NCBI GenBank assembly: GCA_964604655.1
Contig: CAZRZY010000009.1
Location: 47-64,046 of the forward strand
Source of the DNA: an uncultured Bacteroides sp.
Lineage (GTDB): Bacteria > Bacteroidota > Bacteroidia > Bacteroidales > GCA-2748055
DNA length: 64,000 nucleotides
Direction: 5' to 3'
A program made the position numbers and the translations under genes. Shown one piece after another: positions 31,815-40,984 of the stretch. Within the stretch, counting starts at the first letter, position 1; each line of letters starts with the position of its first letter. The notes under the pieces are model-generated. The model was not told the origin of the DNA. It saw only the letters and a list, made by a program, of their open reading frames with translations, and searched no databases.

Positions 31815-32912
31815 TCAGACGTTGAACCGGATATGCAAAATATCGGCATCCTTTACCTCATAATTCTTGCCTTCCACCGCCAGTTTACCCTGCACCTTGC
31901 AGGCCTGTTCCGAACCGAGCGACACAAAGTCGTCGTATTTCATGACCTCAGCACGGATGAATCCCCTTTGCAGGTCGGAATGGATCGCCCCTGCCGCATC
32001 GGGAGCCAGGGCGCCCCTGCGAACGGTCCAGGCACGGATCTCTTTGGGACCAACCGTAAAAAAGGAGATCAGGTTCAGCATGGAGTAGGCAGAGCGCACC
32101 AGCTTGTTCACCCCGGGCTCTTCCAGACCGGCATCGGCCAGGAACTCCCTGCGGTCCTCCTCATCCTCCAGTTCGGCAATCTCCGATTCGAGTCTGGCGG
32201 CCAGGACCAGGATCTCCGGATCCTCTCCGGAGAGGTAATCCTTCACCTGGCTCACATAATCATTTCCTGCGGTGGCCGCCTCATCCTCCACGTTGCAGAC
32301 ATATATCACCGGTTTGCTGGTGAGCAGGAAAAGATCTTCCACATAGCGGCGATCGGCATCGCTCATTTCAAGGCTGCGGGCATTCTGGAAGTTTTCCAGG
32401 TGAGCCTTGTATTTCTCCAGCACCCCGATCCCCTGGCGGGCATCCTTATCCCCCGACTTAGCCACTTTAGCCAGACGTTCCAGCTTCTTTTCCACCGATT
32501 CCAGGTCCTTCACCTGCAACTCCAGATGGATGGTCTCGATGTCCCTCACCGGGTTCACCGAGCCGTCGATATGAGGCAGTTGCTCGTCGTCGAAACAGCG
32601 AATCACATGGATCAGGGCATCCGTATTCCGGATATCGGAAAGGAACTTGTTTCCTACCCCCTCCCCCTGACTGGCTCCCCTGGCGAGCCCGGGAATATCG
32701 ACGATCTCCACCGTGGCCGGGATCACTTTCCCGGTCTCCTGGAAGTTCTCCAGATGATAGAGTCTTGGATCGGGTACGTTGACGATTCCCACATTCGATT
32801 TGCTCGACGTAAAAGCGAAACTGGAGGTTTCGACCCGGGAGTTGGACATACAGTTAAACAGGGTCGATTTCCCCACATTGGCCACACCGATAATCCCGCA
32901 CTTCAATGACAT
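31815..32912 (-). CDS. ychF: Redox-regulated / ribosome-binding ATPase YchF
   Basis: 365 aa with GIIGVANVGKSTLFN and a YchF-type C-terminus (RAWTVRRGALAPDAAGAIHSD). Confidence 0.95.
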   Translation of the reverse strand: MSLKCGIIGVANVGKSTLFNCMSNSRVETSSFAFTSSKSNVGIVNVPDPRLYHLENFQETGKVIPATVEIVDIPGLARGASQGEGVGNKFLSDIRNTDALIHVIRCFDDEQLPHIDGSVNPVRDIETIHLELQVKDLESVEKKLERLAKVAKSGDKDARQGIGVLEKYKAHLENFQNARSLEMSDADRRYVEDLFLLTSKPVIYVCNVEDEAATAGNDYVSQVKDYLSGEDPEILVLAARLESEIAELEDEEDRREFLADAGLEEPGVNKLVRSAYSMLNLISFFTVGPKEIRAWTVRRGALAPDAAGAIHSDLQRGFIRAEVMKYDDFVSLGSEQACKVQGKLAVEGKNYEVKDADILHIRFNV

Positions 32913-33058
32913 ATTGTGAAAAAATTAGGCTCAAAAATACGAAATTATGGGTACTTTTGAGCCTCTGACCTCATCTGAAGCGTCAGGAGCAGCATAGTAC
33001 ACCGACTATTGGTCATGTACATAAACCTGCACATTTAGTTTATCCCAAAACAAGAGAT

Positions 33059-35098
33059 ATGAACAACCAGATTCGAGAAAGAGCAGCAGACAATATCAGG
33101 GTTCTCTCCGCCGCCATGGTCGAAAAGGCCAAATCGGGACATCCCGGCGGGGCCATGGGGGGAGCCGATTTCATCGATATGCTCTACACCCGCTTCCTTA
33201 CATTCGATCCCGATGATATGGCCTGGCCGCTGCGCGACCGGTTCTTTCTTGATCCCGGACACATGTCGCCCATGCTGTACAGTGTGCTGTGCATGACCGG
33301 CCACCTGAGCCTGGATGATCTCAAACAGTTCAGGCAGTGGGGAAGCCCTACTCCCGGTCATCCAGAGCTGGATCCCTCCAGGGGGGTGGAAAATACCTCG
33401 GGACCTCTGGGACAGGGTCATGCCATGGCTGTTGGTGCTGCTATAGCCGAACGGTTCCTGGCCGCACGCTTTGGAGAATGGATGTCCCATCGCATTTTCA
33501 CCTTTATTTCCGACGGAGGAATCCAGGAGGAGATCTCGCAGGGAGCCGGCAGAATTGCGGGGTTCCTGGGTCTGTCGAACCTGGTGATGTTCTACGATTC
33601 CAACGATATTCAGCTTTCCAGCCGCACAGAGGTGGTCTCGGATGAAGATACTGCCGGGAAGTATAAGGCCTGGAACTGGCATGTTCTCACCATTGACGGG
33701 AACAACAGGGAGGAGATCCTTCATGCAATGCAGGCGGCCATGGAGGAGAATGAACGCCCCACCCTGATTATCGGGAAGACCATCATGGGAAAAGGCGCCG
33801 TGGATGAGAACGGGAACTCCTTCGAAAGCCAGACCTCCACCCACGGTATGCCGATATCGGATGCGGGGGGCTCCTTTGAAAAGACCATTGCCAACCTGGG
33901 CGGGGATCCGGAAAACCCATTCCAGATATTCCCGGAAGTCAGGGATGCCTACCAGGCCATGCTGGATGAAAAACGCAGGCTGGTGACCGAAAAGAAAAAC
34001 AGGCAGGCCAGCTGGGAAAGAGAAAATCCGGAACTGGCACGGAAATGGAAACAGTTCCTGAGCGGAGACCTGCCCGCGATCGATTTCAGCGAAATCGAAC
34101 AAAAGGCCGGAGCACCCACCCGCGGAGCATCCGGAGCGGTTCTGGCCCACCTGGCCGGAAAGATAGAGAACCTGATCGTTGGTTCGGCCGACCTGTCCAA
34201 CAGTGACAAGACCGATGGGTATCTGAAGAAGACCACCCCTTTCAGGAAAGGGGACTTTAGCGGTTCCTTCCTTCAGGCAGGGGTCTCTGAGCTGACCATG
34301 GCAGCCATTGCCAACGGAATGGCGCTTCACGGAGGAGTGATCCCGGTGATCGGGACCTTTTTCGTTTTCAGCGATTACATGAAGCCGGCCGTCCGACTGG
34401 CCGCATTGATGCAGCTTCCCGTCAAGTATGTTTGGACCCACGACGCCTTCCGCGTCGGGGAGGATGGTCCTACGCACCAGCCGGTGGAGCAGGAGGCACA
34501 GATCAGGCTCCTGGAGCACCTGCGCAACCACCAGGGGAAGCGCTCCCTGATGGTGCTTCGGCCCGCCGATGCCACCGAGACCACTGTTGCCTGGAAGATG
34601 GCGCTTGAGAACCATGAGACTCCCACGGCCCTCATTCTGTCCCGCCAGGGAATTTCCGACGTTCCGGCCCTGCCGGGATCCGACCGGTATTCCGATTCAC
34701 TTCATGCTGAGAAAGGAGCCTATGTGGTGCAGGATTGTGAAGGTACCCCCGATGTATTGATGCTCGCTTCCGGTTCGGAGGTATCCACCTTACTTTCGGG
34801 CGCAGAACTGCTGGCCGAAAGAAAAAACCTGAAAGTGCGCGTCGTTTCGGTGATCTCCGAGGGATTATTCAGGGACCAGGAAGAGGTATACCAGAAGCAG
34901 GTGATTCCCGACGATGTGCCGCTTTTCGGAATGACTGCCGGGTTGCCTGTCACCCTGGAAGGACTGATAGGTAACCGGGGACAGGTCTTTGGCATGAAAA
35001 GCTTTGGATATTCCGCGCCCTACAAGGTGCTGGACGAAAAACTGGGATTTAACGGTGAAAATGTTTTCCATCAGGTGACTAAAATGCTGGGAATCTAG
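33059..35098 (+). CDS. tkt: Transketolase
   Basis: 679 aa with KSGHPGGAMG and TKT sequence throughout. Confidence 0.96.
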   Translation: MNNQIRERAADNIRVLSAAMVEKAKSGHPGGAMGGADFIDMLYTRFLTFDPDDMAWPLRDRFFLDPGHMSPMLYSVLCMTGHLSLDDLKQFRQWGSPTPGHPELDPSRGVENTSGPLGQGHAMAVGAAIAERFLAARFGEWMSHRIFTFISDGGIQEEISQGAGRIAGFLGLSNLVMFYDSNDIQLSSRTEVVSDEDTAGKYKAWNWHVLTIDGNNREEILHAMQAAMEENERPTLIIGKTIMGKGAVDENGNSFESQTSTHGMPISDAGGSFEKTIANLGGDPENPFQIFPEVRDAYQAMLDEKRRLVTEKKNRQASWERENPELARKWKQFLSGDLPAIDFSEIEQKAGAPTRGASGAVLAHLAGKIENLIVGSADLSNSDKTDGYLKKTTPFRKGDFSGSFLQAGVSELTMAAIANGMALHGGVIPVIGTFFVFSDYMKPAVRLAALMQLPVKYVWTHDAFRVGEDGPTHQPVEQEAQIRLLEHLRNHQGKRSLMVLRPADATETTVAWKMALENHETPTALILSRQGISDVPALPGSDRYSDSLHAEKGAYVVQDCEGTPDVLMLASGSEVSTLLSGAELLAERKNLKVRVVSVISEGLFRDQEEVYQKQVIPDDVPLFGMTAGLPVTLEGLIGNRGQVFGMKSFGYSAPYKVLDEKLGFNGENVFHQVTKMLGI

Positions 35099-35118
35099 CA
35101 GCAATGTGAGGAGGAAGC

Positions 35119-36768
35119 GTGAGGAAGATCACACAGGTTACTTTATTATTAGGGGTTCAATTCATCTTTTTCCCTGGGATATTGGAGGGTCAGCGTATTC
35201 CTTCCGAAAAGCCAAAACTGATAGTTGGCATCACTATCTCGGGGATGAAGTATGATTATCTCTCCGTCTACTGGGAGAAATTTGGAGAGGAGGGCTTTAA
35301 AAGGATGGCCTCCACAGGGGCCAATTGCCGGAATGCCCGTTACAACTACCTGATCACGGAGCCCTCGGTGGGATACGCTTCCATCGCCACCGGGTCCAGG
35401 CCCAGTGAACACGGTATCGTCTCCGATTACTGGTATGAAAGGTTCTCCAATCAGATCGTATACAGCCTGGATGACGGGGAACAACATTCCATCGAAGGTG
35501 CTTACGGAACCGGTGCCTTTTCACCGGTCTCCCTTCACAGCCGCACCCTCTCCGATGAGCTTCGGATTAAAAGCCGTTTCCGTTCGCGCTCCATCGGGAT
35601 CTCCATGGATCCCCAGGCAGCCGTTTTGATGGCAGGGCACACGGCCTCGGCCGCTTACTGGCTTGATACGGAAAGGGCCAGCTGGATAACCAGCAGCTAT
35701 TATATGGATTCGTTGCCGGTCTGGGTGAAGGAATTCAACGGGAAGAACTACCGTGACATCTATCTGGGCCGGACCTGGGAAACCCTGCATCCCATCGCCG
35801 AATACCAGGAAAGTCTTCTGGACAATAACCCCTACGAAACCGGATTCAACGGACAGACTACCTTCCCTTACGACCTGTCCAGATTCAGCCAGGCAGAAAG
35901 GGATTCGAGGGATTATTCCGTACTGAAGTACACCCCCTGGGGGAACACCTTCACCAAGGATATGGCCATTGCTGCCATCGTCAACGAGGAGCTGGGCAAG
36001 GGTGAAGCCACCGACATGATCCACATCGGATTCAATGCGACCCGGTACCTGGCCGACCTGTTCACCAGCTGGTCGGTGGAGATGCAGGATGCCTATCTGA
36101 GGCTGGACCAGGATATTGCACACCTGCTGCAGTTTCTGGATAATGAATTGGGATTGGAGAATGTGCTGATATATGTGACTGCGGAGAATGCCCTGGCCGA
36201 TGATCCGCGCTATCTGGGCGAGTACCGGATCCCGTCGGGCTTTTTCAACTACCGGACCAGCATTTCGCTGCTCAGGTCCTACATGAATGCCGTGTATGGA
36301 AGGGGAGAGTGGATCTCTTTTTACTATGCTCACCAGATCTATCTGAACCACCAGTTGATACAGGACTCCAAACTGACCCTGGAGGAGGTGCAGGATGTGG
36401 TGGCCCGTTTCATGGTGCAGATGGAGGGGGTGTCCAATGCGGTGCAATCCTATGTGCTGCAGAGGAACCATTTCACTGACGGGGTACTGCAAAGGATCCA
36501 GAACAGCTATTACCAGAAACGGTCAGGCGATGTGATCCTCTTCCTCACTCCGGGCTGGGTGGAACACAGCAATATTGCCGACGGTACCCTGGCCGAATTG
36601 AATTCGGGTCCCCACGTACCGCTTATCTTTTACGGATGGAAGATCAACCGGGTATCCATCCCCAGAAGGGTCTCACCCATTGACATAGCCACCTCCATCG
36701 CCTCTTTTCTGGAAATCTCCATGCCCGATAACGTTACCGGGCAGGTGATACCGGAACTCATACGTTAG
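35119..36768 (+). CDS. Alkaline-phosphatase-superfamily protein (nucleotide pyrophosphatase/phosphodiesterase-like), secreted
   Basis: 549 aa with a GTG start and signal-like N-terminus. Has AP/NPP-like segments (GYASIATGSRPSEHGIV, TPWGN). Subfamily not resolved. Confidence 0.65.
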   Translation: MRKITQVTLLLGVQFIFFPGILEGQRIPSEKPKLIVGITISGMKYDYLSVYWEKFGEEGFKRMASTGANCRNARYNYLITEPSVGYASIATGSRPSEHGIVSDYWYERFSNQIVYSLDDGEQHSIEGAYGTGAFSPVSLHSRTLSDELRIKSRFRSRSIGISMDPQAAVLMAGHTASAAYWLDTERASWITSSYYMDSLPVWVKEFNGKNYRDIYLGRTWETLHPIAEYQESLLDNNPYETGFNGQTTFPYDLSRFSQAERDSRDYSVLKYTPWGNTFTKDMAIAAIVNEELGKGEATDMIHIGFNATRYLADLFTSWSVEMQDAYLRLDQDIAHLLQFLDNELGLENVLIYVTAENALADDPRYLGEYRIPSGFFNYRTSISLLRSYMNAVYGRGEWISFYYAHQIYLNHQLIQDSKLTLEEVQDVVARFMVQMEGVSNAVQSYVLQRNHFTDGVLQRIQNSYYQKRSGDVILFLTPGWVEHSNIADGTLAELNSGPHVPLIFYGWKINRVSIPRRVSPIDIATSIASFLEISMPDNVTGQVIPELIR

Positions 36769-36813
36769 TCCTTAAAGTCCGTAAAGTCGATAAAGTCTTT
36801 AAAGTCCGTAAAG
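36769..36813 (+). repeat. Five 9-nt TAAAG-core units (tccttaaag tccgtaaag tcgataaag tctttaaag tccgtaaag) abutting the stop codon
   Basis: Read directly. Confidence 0.93.
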
Positions 36814-36814
36814 A

Positions 36815-37549
36815 TTAATGGTTTAGAGAGGAGCAGAGATCGCAGAAAGACTGGAGGAGGGCCGGATTCTTTTCCACGGCGGTGCCCACTACGACCATAT
36901 CCGCACCGGCATCATAGACCTCCGCAGCACAGTCTCTGGAGGAGATCCCTCCACCGACGATCAGCGGCAGGGAAAGCTGCCTGCGGATCTCCCGGATCAT
37001 ATCGAGACCCACCGGGTGAGCTGCGCCGCTGCCTGCCTCCAGGTAAATACTTTTCAATCCCAGCATTTCACCGGCCATGGCAGTGGCTACCGCGATCTCG
37101 GTCTTGCCGGCAGGGATCGGTTTGGTCTGACTCATGAACTCCACCGAGGTGGATCTCCCGTTCTCGATCAGCATATAACCGGTGGGGATCACCTCGATAC
37201 CTGACCGGTTCAGGTGAGGAGCCGCCAGCACGTGATTACCGATGAGAAATTCGGGATTGCGTCCCGAGATCATGGAAAGCAACAGAATCCCGTCGGCCCG
37301 GTCGGAAAGCTGCATGACATTCCCGGGAAAAATAAAGACAGGCAGTTGGGTTTCCAGTTTCAGTGCAGTGATAGTGATTTCGATGGGCTGAAACAGAATA
37401 CTTCCGCCCACCAGCAGCAGATCCGGGGGCGACTTCCTGATCTGTATAATCAGGTGATCCAATGAATCGCTGTCATACTTATCAGGATCCACCAGCAGCG
37501 CAAAACGCTTCCTGCTTCGGTCACTCAGTTCTTCGTAGAAACTCTTCAT
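36815..37549 (-). CDS. PcrB/GGGPS-family (hepta/geranylgeranyl)glyceryl phosphate synthase (244 aa)
   Basis: Motif-by-motif resemblance to PcrB/GGGPS: DPDK, VGGS, FIFPGN, SGRNPEFLIGNH, GYMLIEN, YLEAGSGA, VGGGI, VVGTAVE. The start is placed at ATG 37549, just downstream of the PPTase stop. The track ORF extends to 37639. Confidence 0.82.
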   Translation of the reverse strand: MKSFYEELSDRSRKRFALLVDPDKYDSDSLDHLIIQIRKSPPDLLLVGGSILFQPIEITITALKLETQLPVFIFPGNVMQLSDRADGILLLSMISGRNPEFLIGNHVLAAPHLNRSGIEVIPTGYMLIENGRSTSVEFMSQTKPIPAGKTEIAVATAMAGEMLGLKSIYLEAGSGAAHPVGLDMIREIRRQLSLPLIVGGGISSRDCAAEVYDAGADMVVVGTAVEKNPALLQSFCDLCSSLNH

Positions 37550-37559
37550 ATTTAACGAT

Positions 37560-38195
37560 TCATTCCTTGACGCACCACACCAGCGCATAATTATCATGGT
37601 GCAGGTACTCCAGTTCAAATTCCTCCGGTCCGTTCCCATTTACAGCCTGCCCGTTCATAAAGCCGTGTTCGTTCGGGTCGAATGGATGGATGGTGAGTCC
37701 GTCCCTGAAGTTGATATCCTGTTTGTCACAGATCTTGTACATGGCCTCCTTGGCGCACCAGTGTAAGTAAAGGTGATACTTTCTCAGCTCCGGATCACTG
37801 GTAATATTCTCCCGCTCGTTGATGAACTTATCGGCCACCTTGCTGATCTTCCCTGACATGAACTCCAGGTCGATCCCCACCCGCTTGTCCTTACTGATCA
37901 TGATGGCCGTCAGATTATTGGAATGAGAAATGCTGATATTGTGGGTATTTCCCCGGACAAACGGCTTATTCTCGGCATTGTACAGGATCCGGGTATCCTT
38001 GCCCAGCATATTTTTTACCAGCGCCCGTACACTGAGCCATTCGATTTTCCTGCTGATATTCTTGAAACTGTCCAGTTTGGTCTTTTCCACCGGAGTCAGA
38101 TGGACCATCTGATGGAGAGTGTCAAAATCCTCGTTGATCTCCCAAACGCCCAGATGGCAATCAGGCAATATTTCTGTTTTCAAAAATACTCCCAC
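37560..38195 (-). CDS. 4'-phosphopantetheinyl transferase (Sfp-type)
   Basis: 211 aa with VGIDLEFM and WCAKEAMYK motifs. Confidence 0.8.
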   Translation of the reverse strand: MGVFLKTEILPDCHLGVWEINEDFDTLHQMVHLTPVEKTKLDSFKNISRKIEWLSVRALVKNMLGKDTRILYNAENKPFVRGNTHNISISHSNNLTAIMISKDKRVGIDLEFMSGKISKVADKFINERENITSDPELRKYHLYLHWCAKEAMYKICDKQDINFRDGLTIHPFDPNEHGFMNGQAVNGNGPEEFELEYLHHDNYALVWCVKE

Positions 38196-38266
38196 AACCG
38201 TTGATATCAGAACCCTTAAATTCAGATCGCCGCTTGCAAGCGGGCAGCAAAGTTAAACAAAAATGC

Positions 38267-38863
38267 TCAATACTTCCATTCCGTCGTCTCTATCATGTGG
38301 ATGATATCCTGACGGAGGAAGTCGATCACCGGATTCAACGAATCCCTGTTGGGCCTGGTGTTGAAATACAGCGATCCTCGGAGGAAGTGGGTGGTACTGT
38401 CGGTCAGGAAGAACTGAACAGCCGATGCCACGTCGCCTTTCAGGTCGTAGACCATCCCGAAACGGTTGTTCCCGCGGTCGATGAGGGGAGTCTCTTCGAT
38501 CCCTTCGGCTTTGACGGTATGTTTGTAGACCAGCGAACGGCTATCCTCAATATAGGCTCCCAGGTTCCCTTCTACCGGCTTATAACTCAAATGCACCTGC
38601 CCGTTCAGGGACGGAATCACCACATTGATCCATCCAGGTTCGGACCATCTGCTCCGGTCCTTCTCCACTCGGGCATATTCCGGTATTTCGAATCGATAGT
38701 GCTCCTGCTGATCGTATTTAACATACCCTTTCTCAGGGAAAACGATCCGCAGGTACCCTTCAGGTTTTGGGGTATAGCTTTGCCTGCAGGAGGTCCAGAG
38801 CCCCGTCAAACCCATCAAAACCATGAACCCCAAGACCACCGCCAAAATCCGGTTCGCACTCAT
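38267..38863 (-). CDS. gldD: Gliding-motility lipoprotein GldD (likely)
   Basis: Lipoprotein signal ending in LWTSC, then PKPEGYLRIVFPEKGY, which is GldD-like. Lies directly downstream of gldE, as in Flavobacterium. The ORF is open to 38947; ATG 38863 is preferred. Confidence 0.65.
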   Translation of the reverse strand: MSANRILAVVLGFMVLMGLTGLWTSCRQSYTPKPEGYLRIVFPEKGYVKYDQQEHYRFEIPEYARVEKDRSRWSEPGWINVVIPSLNGQVHLSYKPVEGNLGAYIEDSRSLVYKHTVKAEGIEETPLIDRGNNRFGMVYDLKGDVASAVQFFLTDSTTHFLRGSLYFNTRPNRDSLNPVIDFLRQDIIHMIETTEWKY

Positions 38864-38993
38864 CCCGGTCCAGATTTCCCTGAACCGGTTCACACTGCCC
38901 GGCCACCTTTTCGCAGTTTTCACTATATGATCTCTTCGCTTTCTCACTCCATCCTCCTGTTTCCAGATTTTTCCAAGCCTCGCTTTGGCCGGC

Positions 38994-39035
38994 TCTACAG
39001 ACTTTCGACTTTACAGACTCTTATGGACTCTTATG
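38994..39035 (-). repeat. TAAAG/TAAGAG-core units on the minus strand directly after the gldE stop, including a 10-bp duplication (cataagagtc x2) that contains the stop
   Basis: The minus strand reads aca TAA gagtc cataagagtc tgtaaag tcgaaag tctgtagag. Confidence 0.9.
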
Positions 39036-40347
39036 TGCTTTTTAGATACGTTTTCACCTCTTTGATGCGCCGTTTATCCATCTCCAGCACGGTGAATTCC
39101 ACATTTTTGCAGGTGATGATGTCGTTTACCCGCGGGAATCCCCCTTTCAGCTCGAGGATCAGTCCGGCCACCGTTTCCGCATCCCCCCTGACATCGTCGA
39201 ACAACATGTCATCCAGTTCGGTGATCTTGAAAAAATCGTTCAGCAGTGTTTTGCCGTCGAAAACGGTGGTGCGGGAGTCAATTCTCCGGTAGAACTGTTC
39301 GGCATCGTCCGATTCATCGGTGATCTCACCCACCACCTCTTCCAGAATATCCTCCATGGTCACGATCCCTTCAGTGCCTCCATATTCGTCCACTACGATG
39401 GCCAGGTGGATCTTCCGCTCCTGGAACTCTTTCAGCAGATCGTTGATCTTCTTGGTCTCCGGCACATAAAAGGGCTCCCGTATCAATTCCTGCCACTGGA
39501 ATCCGTTCTGTTTATCGAGATTCAGATAGGGGAGGAGGTCCTTCACATAGAGAATTCCCTTCAGGTTGTCGGAGGTCTTCTCATATACCGGAATCCTTGA
39601 AAAACCCGATTCGATGATCACCTTGATCAACTGCTGAAGTTCGGTCTGAATTTCCACGGCTGTAACATCCGTACGCGGCATCATAATCTCCGAAACCTCC
39701 AGGTTGCTGAATCGCACGATCCCCTCCAGCATCTCCTTTTCGTCCTTCACCACGCCGGTTGTCAGGTCGAGTGCTTCGGACAGGTCATCCATGGAGATAT
39801 TTTGTCTTCTTCTGGCCAATCTCCTGTTAACCAGACCAGTGGACCTTACCAGAATATAGATGAGTGGCTGAAACAACCGCTCCAATAATCGGAGGGGGAT
39901 GGCCATCCTCCGGGCGAATTGAGCTGCGAATCGGTTGGCATACACCTTGGGAATGATCTCACCGAAAAGCAGCAGAAGAAAAGTGATCACGATCACCTGG
40001 ATCAGGAACCCCAGCGTTGGAGTGGCGGAAAAGTCGAACAGGTTACCGGTCACAAAAGAGGCAATGATCACAATCCCAACATTGATAAAATTATTGGAAA
40101 TCAGAATATTGGCCAGAAGCCTCTCCGGTTTTTCCAGGTGGGCGAGGACCAGTTGCTCTTTCCGGGTAAATCTGTCTTTTATTTCGTTCAGGTGCCGGGG
40201 ACCCAGGCTGAAGAAGGCCACCTCTGAGCCGGAGATCATGGCCGAACAGAAGAGCAATACGACCACAATAATAATTCCGGTCAGGGTACCGGTGGTCATG
40301 GGCATCATCACGAATTGCAGCAGAACGGTGGGTAACTCGGGTTCCAA
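39031..40347 (-). CDS. gldE: GldE / CNNM-type membrane protein (DUF21 TM domain, CBS pair, CorC_HlyC)
   Basis: 438 aa with N-terminal TMs, a CBS pair and a CorC-like C-terminus. Shows mutY-ssb-gldE-gldD synteny. Confidence 0.75.
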   Translation of the reverse strand: MEPELPTVLLQFVMMPMTTGTLTGIIIVVVLLFCSAMISGSEVAFFSLGPRHLNEIKDRFTRKEQLVLAHLEKPERLLANILISNNFINVGIVIIASFVTGNLFDFSATPTLGFLIQVIVITFLLLLFGEIIPKVYANRFAAQFARRMAIPLRLLERLFQPLIYILVRSTGLVNRRLARRRQNISMDDLSEALDLTTGVVKDEKEMLEGIVRFSNLEVSEIMMPRTDVTAVEIQTELQQLIKVIIESGFSRIPVYEKTSDNLKGILYVKDLLPYLNLDKQNGFQWQELIREPFYVPETKKINDLLKEFQERKIHLAIVVDEYGGTEGIVTMEDILEEVVGEITDESDDAEQFYRRIDSRTTVFDGKTLLNDFFKITELDDMLFDDVRGDAETVAGLILELKGGFPRVNDIITCKNVEFTVLEMDKRRIKEVKTYLKST

Positions 40348-40394
40348 AACGGGAATTAAAAGTTCATAATCCTGTCAGAAGGTACACATGCATT

Positions 40395-40952
40395 TCAGAA
40401 CGGGAGATCATCGGGCCCTTCATCACCCGGGTCGAATGGTGCATCCTGATCGGACCCGGGAGCGGAGTATCCCTGGTTACCGGAACTATTGGGCTGGCTG
40501 CCTGAACTATTGGGCTGGCTGCCTGAATAAGACGAGGAACCACCCGCAGCGGAGGATGATCCACCCGCTCCCTCATCATTGGATCCGTAACGTGAGGAGG
40601 CATCGGAAGATTGTCCGTCGTCCGGTCTTCTGCCCAGCATCTGCATCTGGTCGCCAACGATTTCGGTGATATATTTCCTGTTTCCCTCGGCATCGTCGTA
40701 TGAACGCGTCTTGATCCGGCCCTCGATGTATATCTGGGTTCCTTTCTTTACATACTTCTCTGCCACCTGGGCGAGCCCTCTCCACAAAACGATGTTGTGC
40801 CATTCAGTGTTGGAAACCCTCTCACCGTTCCTGTTCTTATAGGTTTCACTGGTGGCCATCGGAAACTTCGTGATAGCTGTCGATTCGTCCAGATACCTCG
40901 TTTCCGGATCTTTTCCCACATTTCCTACCAGGATCACTTTGTTGACGGACAT
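40395..40952 (-). CDS. ssb: Single-stranded DNA-binding protein (185 aa)
   Basis: Starts MSVNKVILVGNVGKDPE, has an OB fold, a G/S-rich linker and the acidic tip DDLPF. The track ORF is N-terminally over-extended to 41081. Confidence 0.95.
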   Translation of the reverse strand: MSVNKVILVGNVGKDPETRYLDESTAITKFPMATSETYKNRNGERVSNTEWHNIVLWRGLAQVAEKYVKKGTQIYIEGRIKTRSYDDAEGNRKYITEIVGDQMQMLGRRPDDGQSSDASSRYGSNDEGAGGSSSAAGGSSSYSGSQPNSSGSQPNSSGNQGYSAPGSDQDAPFDPGDEGPDDLPF

Positions 40953-40984
40953 AGATTTCGATTCAATGATGCTGAACAAAGATA

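Noticed and set aside
31701-32909. 402-aa ORF on the plus strand
   Set aside because: Antisense to ychF, which has a canonical P-loop. Shadow ORF.
33035-34615. 526-aa ORF on the minus strand
   Set aside because: Antisense to transketolase, with no recognisable motifs. Shadow ORF.
38201-39292. 363-aa ORF on the plus strand
   Set aside because: Antisense to gldD and the gldE 3' end and crosses the repeat spacer. No motifs. Shadow ORF.
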